Shown here: positions 9,750 to 25,051 of the stretch, in pieces
How positions within the stretch are numbered: the stretch's first letter is position 1
How the letters are laid out: each line of letters opens with the position of its first letter
Virus record (IMG/VR): IMGVR_UViG_3300032309_001794
DNA length: 64,000 nucleotides
DNA from: an uncultured virus (IMG/VR IMGVR_UViG_3300032309_001794)
Lineage: Duplodnaviria > Heunggongvirae > Uroviricota > Caudoviricetes
Direction: 5' to 3' (one strand)
Translations under genes and position numbers: made by a program
The notes under the pieces: model-generated
The model's input: the letters and a program-made list of their open reading frames with translations, nothing else
Told to the model about the DNA's origin: nothing
The model's database searches: none

Positions 9750-10832
9750 GTGGCAACTCTACAAGGTTTAGCTAACTCACTAAGAAGTGAGTTAACAGAT
9801 ATTGGTAAGTCTTTTGTAGAAACCATTGTCTCTGATGGCGTTAATAAAAGATATAATCTTTCATATTACCCAGTAAATGGGGCAGATTTAACAATTAAAG
9901 TAGGTACTACAAATGTGTCTACTACCTCAACAATTGAGGAACATACAGGTGTTTTAACCCTGGCTAGCGTGCCTGCTAACGGTGCCATTATTACTGTAGC
10001 CGGAAATTACTACCGATACTTTACAGACGCTGAAATTAATAACTACGTTAATATTGCTTTCTTAGAGCACTCCGGCACAAACACTACAGCTTATGGTTCT
10101 AAAGTTACTCTTACTAACTTACCTCCAGTTGAAGAATACCCAATAGTTTTATTGGCTGCCACCATGGCTTTGTTTACTCTAGCCACTGATGCTTCGTACG
10201 ACATTGACATCTCAGCACCAGACGGTGTTTCTATTCCACGTTCTGAGCGTTACCGCCAGCTAATGGAAATGATCCAATACCGTAAAGAACAATACCGTGA
10301 GCTTTGCAATTTGCTTGGCATTGGCCTACACCGCATTGAAGTTGCAACTTTGCGTAAAATTTCTACACGTACAAACCGTTACGTACCTGTGTACAAGCCA
10401 CAAGAATTGTCAGATTCTTCACGACCAATTCGTCTACGTGTGCCTATGTCTACTTACATGGATCAAAGTACAAGCACTGTAGAGACTTACGATATTCTTC
10501 TGTACCGTGGAGATTCTTTCGAAGTAGAGCTAGACTTCCCATTTGATTTAGATGGCTACACATTGCTATCTCAAATTAGATCTTATTCCGGAGCTCTTTT
10601 AGTATTGGCTACATTTAACATAACTATGCTAGATGAAGCAGCCGGAAAAATAAAGCTTTCTTTGACTAGCGAACAGACTAAGAGTCTGCCGCCAAGGTCT
10701 ATCTGGGATATACAAATTACTTCAGATACAGATGATGAATATCAAAGAACATACTTAAAGGGCGCAGTAATTACAGAAGATCAAGTTACGAATGTTAACA
10801 ACGATCCTTATGCTCCAAGTTGGCAGGGATAA
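9750..10832 (+). CDS. Head-tail adaptor-like protein fused to a C-terminal BppU-like fibre-attachment domain
   Basis: YFTDAEI adaptor-like segment; C-terminal YRGDSF..GKIKLSLTSEQT..WDIQI beta-sandwich pattern. Confidence 0.55.
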   Translation: MATLQGLANSLRSELTDIGKSFVETIVSDGVNKRYNLSYYPVNGADLTIKVGTTNVSTTSTIEEHTGVLTLASVPANGAIITVAGNYYRYFTDAEINNYVNIAFLEHSGTNTTAYGSKVTLTNLPPVEEYPIVLLAATMALFTLATDASYDIDISAPDGVSIPRSERYRQLMEMIQYRKEQYRELCNLLGIGLHRIEVATLRKISTRTNRYVPVYKPQELSDSSRPIRLRVPMSTYMDQSTSTVETYDILLYRGDSFEVELDFPFDLDGYTLLSQIRSYSGALLVLATFNITMLDEAAGKIKLSLTSEQTKSLPPRSIWDIQITSDTDDEYQRTYLKGAVITEDQVTNVNNDPYAPSWQG

Positions 10833-12142
10833 TGAGTTGCAGCAATAGCCCTTGTACATGCTCTGACGTAGTAGTAATTAATCCAACTTCTACTTCACCT
10901 ATTCTTATTAACCCATCACTGGGCGGAGCTAAAGGACCTACAGGAGCTACGGGTCCTACTGGACCTACAGGACCGGACCAAACTTCACCTAACGTTCTTT
11001 ATGTGTCTAAAAGTGGTAACGATAGCAATGATGGGCGTTCCCTTGCTAAAGCAAAAGCTACTATTAAAGCTGCTATGGCTATTGCAACGTCTGACACAAC
11101 TGTTTTTGTTAAAAGTGGAGAATACACAGAAGCTAACCCAGTAACTATTCCAACAAAAGTTGCACTTGTCGGAGATAGTCTACGAACTGTGACTATTCGT
11201 CCAGCAAACCCTACTAGCGATATTTTTTATGTAAGTAATGGAAGTTACATAACTGAGGTAACTTTTAGAGGGCACTTATCTCCAGCAGCAGCAATTGCCT
11301 ATAACCCAAATGGCTCTGCGGGAGTAATTACTCAGAGTCCTTACGTCTACAACTGCTCATCTATTACAACTACTGGTACAGGTATGCGTGTTGATGGAAA
11401 CCACGTTGGGGGCGGAAAGTCTATGCTTGCTGCTCAATACACCCAAATTAACCAAAATGGAAAAGGTATTCACCTTAAAAATATGGCTTATGCGCAGTTA
11501 ATTGGAATTTACACCATCTGCTGTGATGTTGGAGTTCTCTGTGAAACTGGTGCCTTCTGTTCTCTTATTGGTTCTGATACTAGCTTTGGTAATATAGGAC
11601 TTAAAGCATCTGGTGTAAGCCCAGTTCTTTACACAGGAAGAACTTCTGTAGCAACTAACGTAAGTGCTTCTACTGTAAATATTACAAACATTACACCTGC
11701 TCAACTCCCTTATGCTAACAACGTAGTGTCTTTTAATAATGGAGTTACTTTTTACACAATTAAAAAAATAGAATTAAAGCCAAATGGAACGGTAGATCTA
11801 ACTTTTGCTGAAAGAATATCAACTGCAATTAGTGCCAATACCGAAGCAAAGTTCTATCAATCAAGTCGAATTACGGCTGCTGGTCATACCTTTGAGTATG
11901 CTGGCTCAGGAACTAATCTAACAACAGCACTTCCTCAAGCAGGTGGAATTCCAAATCAAGCACTTGAAGTTATTGAAGAGGGTGGCGGTCAAGTTTACCG
12001 CACTAGTACAGACCAACTAGGTGATTTTAGAATTGGAAATGATTTAGTAATTAACCGAGGCACTGGAGACATTACTGGAGTTGCCTTTGATAGAAGTTTG
12101 TTTGCCGTTCTTACCCCTTACATCTTAGCGCTTGAGAGTTAA
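10832..12142 (+). CDS. Virion fibre/spike protein with short collagen linker and pectin-lyase-like beta-helix
   Basis: GPT repeats, then YVSKSGNDSNDG..ATIKAA..VFVKSGEYTE..LVGDSLRTV. Confidence 0.7.
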   Translation: MSCSNSPCTCSDVVVINPTSTSPILINPSLGGAKGPTGATGPTGPTGPDQTSPNVLYVSKSGNDSNDGRSLAKAKATIKAAMAIATSDTTVFVKSGEYTEANPVTIPTKVALVGDSLRTVTIRPANPTSDIFYVSNGSYITEVTFRGHLSPAAAIAYNPNGSAGVITQSPYVYNCSSITTTGTGMRVDGNHVGGGKSMLAAQYTQINQNGKGIHLKNMAYAQLIGIYTICCDVGVLCETGAFCSLIGSDTSFGNIGLKASGVSPVLYTGRTSVATNVSASTVNITNITPAQLPYANNVVSFNNGVTFYTIKKIELKPNGTVDLTFAERISTAISANTEAKFYQSSRITAAGHTFEYAGSGTNLTTALPQAGGIPNQALEVIEEGGGQVYRTSTDQLGDFRIGNDLVINRGTGDITGVAFDRSLFAVLTPYILALES

Positions 12143-12144
12143 TA

Positions 12145-12444
12145 ATGAAAAAATTTGACCCAGCAACTATGCCAGAAACTACTTCACCCACTGTAAGGGC
12201 GCTTAGAACTTTTGTTGAAAGATCTATTGAAAATGAAGTAGATAAAATTACTTTACTTCATGAAGACAAAACAGCAGAAATTGTAGAAAAATCTTTACGT
12301 GCAGTTACTTTTCAAATTTTTCACAAAAATCCAAAAGTCCATACTGAAGCTCTAGAAGACCCTTGCGCCTTTGATGAGGCAATTCAAAAGTTGTTTAATA
12401 TTACTTCAGATGAGCTTTTAATAAACCTAGATGTTAAGGAATAA
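12145..12444 (+). CDS. Hypothetical protein
   Basis: 99-aa ORF filling the gap between fibre genes. Confidence 0.55.
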   Translation: MKKFDPATMPETTSPTVRALRTFVERSIENEVDKITLLHEDKTAEIVEKSLRAVTFQIFHKNPKVHTEALEDPCAFDEAIQKLFNITSDELLINLDVKE

Positions 12445-12446
12445 CT

Positions 12447-12765
12447 ATGGCACTAAATACATTTAAGACTAGAACCGCAGAGTTAACAACATCTGATGTA
12501 GAAATTTATATTGCTCCTGCCGGCTTTACTTCCATTGTTATTATGGCGCAAATTAGCAATATAACTGCTACTGCGGTTAGTGCAACTGTTTCTCACCGTG
12601 CTAATGGAATTAATACTCAACTAATAAATAATTTTAGTATTCCAGGGAATGATTCGGCATCTGCCATAACAGGTAAATTAGTACTAGAAACAGGACAATC
12701 TGTAAGGGCATCAGCAAGCGCAAACGGCTCTGCAAAAATAATTCTTAGCATATTGGAAACCCTCA

Positions 12766-12773
<8 letters not shown>
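12447..12773 (+). CDS. Small beta-rich virion protein (paralog of 21401..21736)
   Basis: AAGGA RBS; IYIAPAG.TSIV...[14 protein letters not shown] pattern. Confidence 0.65.
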
Positions 12774-15771
<2,998 letters not shown>

Positions 15772-15773
15772 CA

Positions 15774-16058
15774 ATGTTACAGATTTTTTATTGCAAAACT
15801 TGTTACAATCCACACACAGAGTACCTGTGCCATTCATACAATGGTTTATGCTGCACCAATTGTTGCCCTTGCACCGATAAAATTAACGGTGATGGTAAAG
15901 TAACCTTTAATGACAATGGCGATATTTGGATTTTAACTCATGAAATTGCATCAAATATTTTTACTCCTGTTGAATTTCCAGATCCATCAGATGAAGTTGT
16001 TTTAGAAGATATTGTTAATGACCCAACATCACCAAATTATATTGGAGATGATTTGTAG
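15774..16058 (+). CDS. Small Cys-rich hypothetical protein
   Basis: CKTC..H...CH....CCTNCCPC with acidic tail; coupled to the next gene. Confidence 0.55.
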   Translation: MLQIFYCKTCYNPHTEYLCHSYNGLCCTNCCPCTDKINGDGKVTFNDNGDIWILTHEIASNIFTPVEFPDPSDEVVLEDIVNDPTSPNYIGDDL

Positions 16059-18511
16059 TGGCAGTAATAACTCTTGGTACTGCTAGTGGTGGGTTTTTTA
16101 ATTCTCGTGCAGCTAATCAATCGCCATATGCAATGGGTTCGTCTATTGTTTTACAAAATAGTTCTGGAAACGTAAATGAAGTTATTGATACAAGTGGTGG
16201 ATATGAAGGTGTAATTTTTACATCATTAACAATTCAATGCTCTGGCAACACTACCACTTCAAGTCTCTTTGGAAACATATGGAATAGCATTGGTAACTCA
16301 ATAACTTCATCTGGAACAACAGCTACAGGAGCAGATCAGTCTCCTCCTTTTAGTGCAAGAACTTTTGACATCTCAGACAGATATGTTGCTACTGGTCAAA
16401 CTGTATATGTTGGTTACTCAAGAAATCTATCAGCCCCAACTGCTTGGGATGTTGTAGAAGGAAATAATACAACTAGAACTGGAAATACTTTTGGATCTGC
16501 GCCAAATAATTTGACTAACTCTGGTACTGCAGGATTTTTTAGAAGATTAGTTGGAACAGCAACATATGACTTGTATGAGGCTGGAAATATCTCCCGTTCT
16601 GTTGACTCACCAAACACCTCCCAACCTAGAATTACTTTTGCTGGTCAAAATGGAACGCTTGCTAAAACCATAACTATTAACTGGGGAGATGGTTCTACTA
16701 ATCAAACTGCAACTATTGCAGCTTCTAGAAACTTTGCAACGTCTGCTTTACAAATAACAAAAACTGCAGCGTACGCCAATCCAGGAACATATACAATAAC
16801 AGTAACAATATCTTTTGCTGCAACCTCCGTAGGTATTCCAGATATTGTTTTTACAAGTACTTTTTACACACCCCCAACTGCCCCTCAAAACTTAGCTGCA
16901 ACTGCATTTTCAGGTTATATTTATTTAACATGGGACGCTCCATCTTCTGCTCCAGGCAATGTAACCTATTACAGAATTTTTAGAAATGATATTGGTCTTA
17001 TTGGCGACACTTCTGACGGTAGCACTAGATATTTTTCTGATTCTAGTGTATCTCCTGGAGCTAATTATACATATAGTGTTCGCGCTGTAGCACCTGGTGG
17101 AGATGGCCCAACAGCTACTGTAAATGTAACAGCTCAAGCTACTGCTCCTAGCAATGTTTACTCAAGTACATACGCTATATCAACTTTTTCTTCAAAATCA
17201 AGTTCTACATTCAGTGTAATTTTATATGTAGGAGCTACTGCAAATGGAAGTGCAATTACTAGATACGAGTATTCTTTAAATAGTACATCAAACTGGGTTT
17301 CAGCTGGTCTACCTGTAAGTGGACAACTTACGATATCTGGATTAACCAAAACTACTTATTACACCGTCTACGTAAGAGCAGTTAACGAAATTGGAACTAG
17401 TCCTTTTACAACAACAACTTGGTATTCGTATGACCCAGTTGCTGGGGGTCCCAATCAATTTAGTACAACCTCATTTACTCACGGGGGTAGGTATAAACTT
17501 CGCATTGACTCAGAATCTTATGGACAAGAGTGGGCTCCATTTTACGCAAAAAGATACAATGGAACTGCGTGGGTTGACGCACCAATGAGAATTTACAGTG
17601 GAGCTGTCTGGGATTACACAGAAGATGTTGTATCAGTTGCTACTGCTCCACAGTCATTTACTGCTACCGCAGCAAGTTCTACGCAAATTAACTTAAGTTG
17701 GGCAGCGCCTGTAAGTAATGGTGGCGCAACTATTACAAGTTATACATTAAAACGCGGTGCTACAACAATCTACACAGGGCCTAATACATCTTTTAATGAT
17801 ACTGGATTGTCTTTTGCTACAAGTTATTCGTATACCGTCTTAGCAACTAACTCAATTGGTGATGGGCCTACTGCTTCAATAAGCAGAACAACTCTTGCAA
17901 ATGTGCCTTCTGCACCACAGTCATTTACTGCAACTGCAACCAGCTCCAGTGCTATTACTCTAAGTTGGAGTGCGCCATCTAGCAATGGTGGTGCTTCAAT
18001 TAGCAGTTACACAGTTAGAAGAAATGGATCAATAATTTACACTACTTATCCTCCCAATACTTCATTTAGCGATAGTGGATTGGCTGGTTCTACAAACTAT
18101 TCATACACAGTTGCTGCTAATAACTCTGCTGGTGAGGGTCCAACTGCATCTGCAAGTGCAACAACTCCTTCTTCTGCCTCTGTTCCAGACGCTCCAACTA
18201 TTAGTTCTTCTGGCGGATACACAGAATACACATATGATGAAAATGATAACATTAATGGCGTATATACAGTATGGTTTATATCTTCTCCGTATACCAATAA
18301 TAATGGAAGTCCAATTACAAGCAGTACATTAGTAAGAACCGATGGTCCGTACGTTTCTACTTCTACACAATCCTATCCTAATGGTGAGAGTTGGGGACCA
18401 ATTTATATGGTTGTAGATTATGAAAATAATGATACTACTTATTTTAATGTCTACCATACAAACGCTATTGGAAATTCAGCTTATAGCAACACTATCGGTC
18501 TTTCAACATAA
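16058..18511 (+). CDS. PKD/fibronectin type III repeat virion protein
   Basis: PKD-like INWGDGS..YANPGTYTITVT; several Fn3 units (APQ..TA..LSW.AP..Y.Y.V.A.N..G.GP). Confidence 0.8.
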   Translation: MAVITLGTASGGFFNSRAANQSPYAMGSSIVLQNSSGNVNEVIDTSGGYEGVIFTSLTIQCSGNTTTSSLFGNIWNSIGNSITSSGTTATGADQSPPFSARTFDISDRYVATGQTVYVGYSRNLSAPTAWDVVEGNNTTRTGNTFGSAPNNLTNSGTAGFFRRLVGTATYDLYEAGNISRSVDSPNTSQPRITFAGQNGTLAKTITINWGDGSTNQTATIAASRNFATSALQITKTAAYANPGTYTITVTISFAATSVGIPDIVFTSTFYTPPTAPQNLAATAFSGYIYLTWDAPSSAPGNVTYYRIFRNDIGLIGDTSDGSTRYFSDSSVSPGANYTYSVRAVAPGGDGPTATVNVTAQATAPSNVYSSTYAISTFSSKSSSTFSVILYVGATANGSAITRYEYSLNSTSNWVSAGLPVSGQLTISGLTKTTYYTVYVRAVNEIGTSPFTTTTWYSYDPVAGGPNQFSTTSFTHGGRYKLRIDSESYGQEWAPFYAKRYNGTAWVDAPMRIYSGAVWDYTEDVVSVATAPQSFTATAASSTQINLSWAAPVSNGGATITSYTLKRGATTIYTGPNTSFNDTGLSFATSYSYTVLATNSIGDGPTASISRTTLANVPSAPQSFTATATSSSAITLSWSAPSSNGGASISSYTVRRNGSIIYTTYPPNTSFSDSGLAGSTNYSYTVAANNSAGEGPTASASATTPSSASVPDAPTISSSGGYTEYTYDENDNINGVYTVWFISSPYTNNNGSPITSSTLVRTDGPYVSTSTQSYPNGESWGPIYMVVDYENNDTTYFNVYHTNAIGNSAYSNTIGLST

Positions 18512-18641
18512 GGATGAATTAACAATGACAAGTAAAACAAGAGACAATAATGGCTAGAATAAGGTGCAAATTTCAAGATTATAGGCGTATAATGAGTAAA
18601 ACTATTATCTTTAAAAAACTACTAAATAGAGGTATAAAGTA

Positions 18642-20285
<1,644 letters not shown>

Positions 20286-20293
20286 GAGTAACT

Positions 20294-21340
20294 ATGAGGG
20301 TAGCAGTTTATACAATTGCATTAAATGAGGAACAATTTGTTGAAAAATGGTACAACTCAGCCAAAGAAGCTGATTATCTCCTTATTGCTGATACTGGTTC
20401 TAATGATCGTACTGTTGAGCTTGCTAAGTCTCTTGGCATACATGTTGTTTGTGTTGGAATTAAACCATGGCGTTTTGACGACGCTCGTAATTCTGCTCTT
20501 GCAGCTATTCCATTAGACATTGATTACTGTATTGCTTTAGACATGGACGAAATTCTTTTGCCGGGATGGCGAGAAGAATTAGAAAAAGTTCCAGAAGGAA
20601 CTACTCGTCCGCGATATAAGTACACTTGGTCCTGGAAGCCTGATGGCTCACCGGGCCTTCAGTACGGTGGCGATAAGATCCATGCCCGTACTGGATACCG
20701 GTGGAAACACCCAGTACATGAAGTAATTATGGCTTACTCAATACCCGAAGTTCAACACTGGACGGGTCTTGAGATCCACCACCACCCAGATGAAACTAAA
20801 AGCCGAGCTCAGTACTACCCCATGCTTAAGATGGCTGTGGATGAAGATCCAAGTGATGATCGTAATACTTATTATTACGCTAGAGAGTTATTCTTTAACC
20901 AAATGAATCAAGAAGCTGCGGAAGAATTTAAACGTCATTTAAGTTTGCCCCGAGCTGTTTGGCCTCCAGAGCGTGCTTCATCAATGAGGTATCTTGCTAA
21001 ATGTGAGCCTGAAAATGCTGAAGAATGGTTATTAAAAGCTAATAAAGAATCGCATCGTAGGGAAAATTTAGTAGCTTTGTCTCAGTATTACTATGAGAAT
21101 AAAGAATGGCAAAAGTGTCTTGAAGCTAGTTTAAAAGCTCTAGAGGTTACAGATAAACCTTTAGACTATCTATGTGAAGAGAATGCTTGGGGCGAAATTC
21201 CTTGGGATCTCGCAGCTATAGCTAGCTGGAACTTAGGTAGTTTTACAGATGCCGTTACCTATGGAAAAAAGGCTGTTGAACTTAGCCCCACAAACCAACG
21301 GTTAATAGATAATCTTAGATACTACGAGGGTTCAGCCTGA
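20294..21340 (+). CDS. Glycosyltransferase family 2 with TPR C-terminus
   Basis: IALNEE, ADTGSNDRT, FDDARN, DMDE (DxD), PVHE; helical TPR-like C-terminal half. Confidence 0.88.
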   Translation: MRVAVYTIALNEEQFVEKWYNSAKEADYLLIADTGSNDRTVELAKSLGIHVVCVGIKPWRFDDARNSALAAIPLDIDYCIALDMDEILLPGWREELEKVPEGTTRPRYKYTWSWKPDGSPGLQYGGDKIHARTGYRWKHPVHEVIMAYSIPEVQHWTGLEIHHHPDETKSRAQYYPMLKMAVDEDPSDDRNTYYYARELFFNQMNQEAAEEFKRHLSLPRAVWPPERASSMRYLAKCEPENAEEWLLKANKESHRRENLVALSQYYYENKEWQKCLEASLKALEVTDKPLDYLCEENAWGEIPWDLAAIASWNLGSFTDAVTYGKKAVELSPTNQRLIDNLRYYEGSA

Positions 21341-21365
21341 CCAAAGGCTGTTAAACAAGTACATT
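21330..21365 (+). promoter_or_regulatory. Putative late promoter, copy 4
   Basis: GTTCAgcctGAC-N18-TACATT. Confidence 0.55.
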
Positions 21366-21400
21366 TTAACTAGACCAATTTATGAAAGGCCAACTTAAAT

Positions 21401-21736
21401 ATGGCTACAAGCTACAAAATTCTAGGTCAAGTTGCTACTGCTGACTCAAGCTCAATTGATGTGTACAAGCCAGGTACCAGCTTGCAGGCAATTGTGTCCA
21501 CAATTACTGTATGCAACACCACAACTTCTGACCGTACATTTAGTATCTCAGTAAGAAATGCTGATGGTGACGCTATTGCTGCTAAAAACTACCTTGTTAG
21601 AAACACTACCTCACCTGCTAATAGCACTATCTCTTACACACTTGGAATTACCCTTGCTGCAGGCAACAGAATTGCCGTATCAGCAGATGGCGCAGGAGTA
21701 GCGTTTGGCCTTTTTGGCACCGAATTGGATGCCTAA
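21401..21736 (+). CDS. Small beta-rich virion protein
   Basis: YKILGQ..VY.P..AIVSTITVCN..LGITL..FG.E pattern; paralog of 12447..12773. Confidence 0.65.
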   Translation: MATSYKILGQVATADSSSIDVYKPGTSLQAIVSTITVCNTTTSDRTFSISVRNADGDAIAAKNYLVRNTTSPANSTISYTLGITLAAGNRIAVSADGAGVAFGLFGTELDA

Positions 21737-22281
21737 TGAGTATTCGTTACAATGGTGAAAGTGTTCCAAAAATAACCTTAAATGGTATTGATCTATACAT
21801 TGGTGGTAAGTACGTACTAACTGGTAGTACTGTTTTTGGTTTAGGTACAGCATCAACTAAAGACGCCCCTACTTCTGGTAACGCATCTTCTACTCAAGTA
21901 GTACTAGGAAATGATAGTCGCCTTGGAGACTCACGTAATCCAACAGGTCCAGCCGGTGGAGATTTAACTGGAACTTATCCTAATCCAACCCTTGCAGCTG
22001 CTGGTACTGCCGGAACTTACACAAAAGTAACTACTGATGCTAAAGGCCGTGTTACTTCCGGAACTAATTTAGCAGCCGGAGATGTACCTACATTACTTCA
22101 GTCGCAGGTTACTAACCTTACAACTGATTTAGCTGCTAAAGCCGCGCTTGCAGGTGCAACTTTTACCGGAAATGTTTTAGTAGATAGCGGTGCTTTAAGA
22201 ATTAATAACCGTAAAGTGTACGTAGATACAACCGCACCCTCCGGTGCTGCAGCCGGAGACATCTGGATTAACGTAACGTAG
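21736..22281 (+). CDS. Short tail-fibre-like protein
   Basis: GGDLTGTYPNP and GTYTKVTTDAKGRVTSG fibre repeats; ends GDIWINVT. Confidence 0.7.
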   Translation: MSIRYNGESVPKITLNGIDLYIGGKYVLTGSTVFGLGTASTKDAPTSGNASSTQVVLGNDSRLGDSRNPTGPAGGDLTGTYPNPTLAAAGTAGTYTKVTTDAKGRVTSGTNLAAGDVPTLLQSQVTNLTTDLAAKAALAGATFTGNVLVDSGALRINNRKVYVDTTAPSGAAAGDIWINVT

Positions 22282-22283
22282 TC

Positions 22284-24182
22284 ATGGCTATTTCATGGGG
22301 TACATGGAGATACGGTAACATTGGGCAAGCCAGCGAAAATGGTATGCGCGTTGGCATTGAAGTAACTTGGGCAACACCTACTCACACTTCTTCAGCAGTA
22401 TCAGCAAGTATAGATATTTGGACAGAAAATCAGTTCAAACACACTGGTGATACCCAAACATTAACTTATAGCGCAAATCTTGGTGCTGCTACAAATTATA
22501 CAAATAATGAAGGAACTGGAACACAAACACGACGATTTAACAATAAAACGTATACACACACTTATGCCGCTGATTCATACCACACAAGTCCAGGAAACGT
22601 AGTTTTTACTGCAGAATTAACTGGGCATTATTGGGATGACGGAACCAATCCTACTGTTTCTGTAACTTCTGCTATTCCAGCACGACCGGCTACTATACCT
22701 AACGCACCAACTGGCTTGAGCGCTACTGCTTCTACAACTGTTGCTGGAAGAATTGATCTTTCATGGACGGCTTCAACTGACGATGGTGGTATTACTACAA
22801 ACTACAGAATTTACCGTGACGGCAGTGCATTAACTACTAGATCAGCCACTACTTACGCAGATACCGGGCTTGCAAACAATACAGCTTATTCGTATGCTAT
22901 TGAAGCCTACAACGCCGTTGGTAATAGCACTTCAAAATCTAGTGCAGCCTCTGCTACTACTATGACTACCCCAACAGTTGATGTTACTGCTTCAGCTGGC
23001 ATTCGTAGCGTAACAGCTAGCTATACCACTACAAATGGTCGCGGAACTATTACTTCCGTAGATTTATATTTGTACGATTATGCTGTTGGAGACTATAGAG
23101 CCCCAGAAAACAAAACTACAGCAACAGGTTCTCACACATGGACTGGCCTGGCTAATGGGGGGGCTTACTTTGTTGGAGCATATTCTTACAACGCTGCGGG
23201 TAATAGCGCTTTTGATACAACTGGCACCCTATATGTTCCTACAGTTCCTAATACTCCGAGTGTATCTGTAACACCGCTTAATGCGTCAATTTCTGTAACG
23301 TATTCTACACCGTACGACGGTGGGTCTAGTATTACTGGTTATCAATACCAAGTTAACTCAACAGCTGGCGCTTGGACAGCTGCCCCTGCTAGTCCATTTA
23401 CAATTACAGGGCTTACAAATGGCACATCTTACACAGTTTATGTAAGAGCAGTAAACGACGTTGGTGCTGGAACACCTGGGTCTGCATCGACTACCCCACG
23501 CGCTGTGCCTAGCGCACCAACCGTATCTCTTGTTAGAGGTAGCGGGTCTGTTACAGTAACTTGGTCAGCGGGATCAAATGGTGGAAGTACTATTCTTGCT
23601 ACGTATTACAGAGTTAACGGTGGAACCTTAATTGCAGCTCCTGCTAGTCCATTTACAATTACAAATTTAACAAACGGCACCCCAGTTACAGTTACTATGT
23701 ATCAAACAAATGCTGCCGGTGAAGGCGCTACAGGAACATCTAATACAGTTACGCCATTTGGCATACCTTTTGCCCCAACAATTAATTCAATTACCCCAAC
23801 AGTAAACTCTTTAAGTGTTGCTTTTACTCCTGGCTCTAATAACGGCGACAACATTACAAATTATAAGTATTCTGTAAATGGCGGATCTACATTTACTACT
23901 CGCAGCCCTGCTGCTGCTACAAGTCCACTTGTAATACCAGGACTATCGCCTAATACGTCGTACGGGGTGCAAATTAGGGCAATAAATGCTGCCGGAGACG
24001 GTACTCAAACCGCTACTACCGCAGCTACTACTTTAGGCGGTCGAGTAGGTATTTCTGACGGCAATGGTAACTGGAAATCTGTGCAGATTGCTAAACACAC
24101 AGGTAATCAATGGGAACCTGTTCCCAGTGTTTTGGTGTACATTTCTAATGGTGACAATACCTGGCATTTGGCCAACGGTTAG
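22284..24182 (+). CDS. Fibronectin type III repeat virion protein
   Basis: About five Fn3 units (e.g. TITGLTNGTSYTVYVRAVN..G.G). Confidence 0.8.
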   Translation: MAISWGTWRYGNIGQASENGMRVGIEVTWATPTHTSSAVSASIDIWTENQFKHTGDTQTLTYSANLGAATNYTNNEGTGTQTRRFNNKTYTHTYAADSYHTSPGNVVFTAELTGHYWDDGTNPTVSVTSAIPARPATIPNAPTGLSATASTTVAGRIDLSWTASTDDGGITTNYRIYRDGSALTTRSATTYADTGLANNTAYSYAIEAYNAVGNSTSKSSAASATTMTTPTVDVTASAGIRSVTASYTTTNGRGTITSVDLYLYDYAVGDYRAPENKTTATGSHTWTGLANGGAYFVGAYSYNAAGNSAFDTTGTLYVPTVPNTPSVSVTPLNASISVTYSTPYDGGSSITGYQYQVNSTAGAWTAAPASPFTITGLTNGTSYTVYVRAVNDVGAGTPGSASTTPRAVPSAPTVSLVRGSGSVTVTWSAGSNGGSTILATYYRVNGGTLIAAPASPFTITNLTNGTPVTVTMYQTNAAGEGATGTSNTVTPFGIPFAPTINSITPTVNSLSVAFTPGSNNGDNITNYKYSVNGGSTFTTRSPAAATSPLVIPGLSPNTSYGVQIRAINAAGDGTQTATTAATTLGGRVGISDGNGNWKSVQIAKHTGNQWEPVPSVLVYISNGDNTWHLANG

Positions 24183-24190
24183 GATTTAAT

Positions 24191-24700
24191 ATGAAAGCTA
24201 AAGAACCGGGTGGCCGATTTGACTTGGCATACGAACGTCGTTCAATTCTGTCTGGAATTACAGAGGATTTAAGAAGACCCGTAGGCCAGGTAATTGATTG
24301 GTGGCGTTGGGATCCAACGGATACTGAAGTAGACGACGTTTATGATGTGGGTTCTGTAGATGGTGGACGCTTGTGGTTCCCTCCATTTGAACTTCCTTGC
24401 GTAAATGCCGTGATTTTCCAAGGTGTTTCTATGCAGAATGAGCGTGGTTTCTACAACACAGACGTTCTGAGAGTTACCATAAACATGGAGGATGTAGAGA
24501 AATTACTTCCTACTTTACCTACAGGCACTGACGGTTTTCTTAAAGATCGAATTGTTTACCGCGGGGAGGTTTTTAGGCCTACACATTTCTACCCACGTGG
24601 TTTAATGAATGGTAAATACACTCTATTTACATTAGATGCTTCTCAGATTAACCCTGAAGAACTTATCAATGATAGTCAGTTTGCTGAATACGCAAATTAA
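24191..24700 (+). CDS. Putative head-closure/neck protein
   Basis: KDRIVYRGEVF beta-barrel-like motif; position before tail genes. Confidence 0.5.
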   Translation: MKAKEPGGRFDLAYERRSILSGITEDLRRPVGQVIDWWRWDPTDTEVDDVYDVGSVDGGRLWFPPFELPCVNAVIFQGVSMQNERGFYNTDVLRVTINMEDVEKLLPTLPTGTDGFLKDRIVYRGEVFRPTHFYPRGLMNGKYTLFTLDASQINPEELINDSQFAEYAN

Positions 24701-24710
24701 GGAGCAATAA

Positions 24711-24890
24711 ATGGCTGAAAAGAAAAAAGCACATCCTGGTTTTAAAGCTGTGCAGAAAAAAATTGCAGCTAAAGAAGGCATATCTGAAAAAGCTGCGGGG
24801 GCTATTTTGGCATCATCTTCAAGAAAAGCTTCAGCTTCAGCTAAAGCAAAAAACCCTAATCTTAATAAAGTAAAGGGTAAGAAAAAGTAA
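24711..24890 (+). CDS. Tiny Lys/Ala-rich protein (59 aa), not in ORF track
   Basis: AAGGAG RBS; MAEKKKAHPGFKAVQKKIAAKEGISEKAAGAILASSSRKASASAKAKNPNLNKVKGKKK. Confidence 0.8.
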   Translation: MAEKKKAHPGFKAVQKKIAAKEGISEKAAGAILASSSRKASASAKAKNPNLNKVKGKKK

Positions 24891-25051
24891 TGGCTAAAAA
24901 AGAAGTTTGGGATACTCCCGACCCATCTAAAAAAGATAAGAAACTTACCCCTAAGAAAAAATCAATGGCTAAAGCAAAAGCTAAAGCTGCTGGTCGTCCC
25001 TACCCTAATCTGGTAGATAACATGAATGCTGCCAAGAAAAAGAAGAAGTAA
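24890..25051 (+). CDS. Tiny Lys-rich protein (53 aa), not in ORF track
   Basis: TAATG coupling on both sides; MAKKEVWDTPDPSKK..KAAGRPYPNLVDNMNAAKKKKK. Confidence 0.8.
   Translation: MAKKEVWDTPDPSKKDKKLTPKKKSMAKAKAKAAGRPYPNLVDNMNAAKKKKK

Noticed and set aside
23385..23663. 24-nt exact repeat in an Fn3 gene as a DGR template/variable pair
   Set aside because: No reverse transcriptase in the window and no adenine-specific mismatch pattern; simple domain duplication
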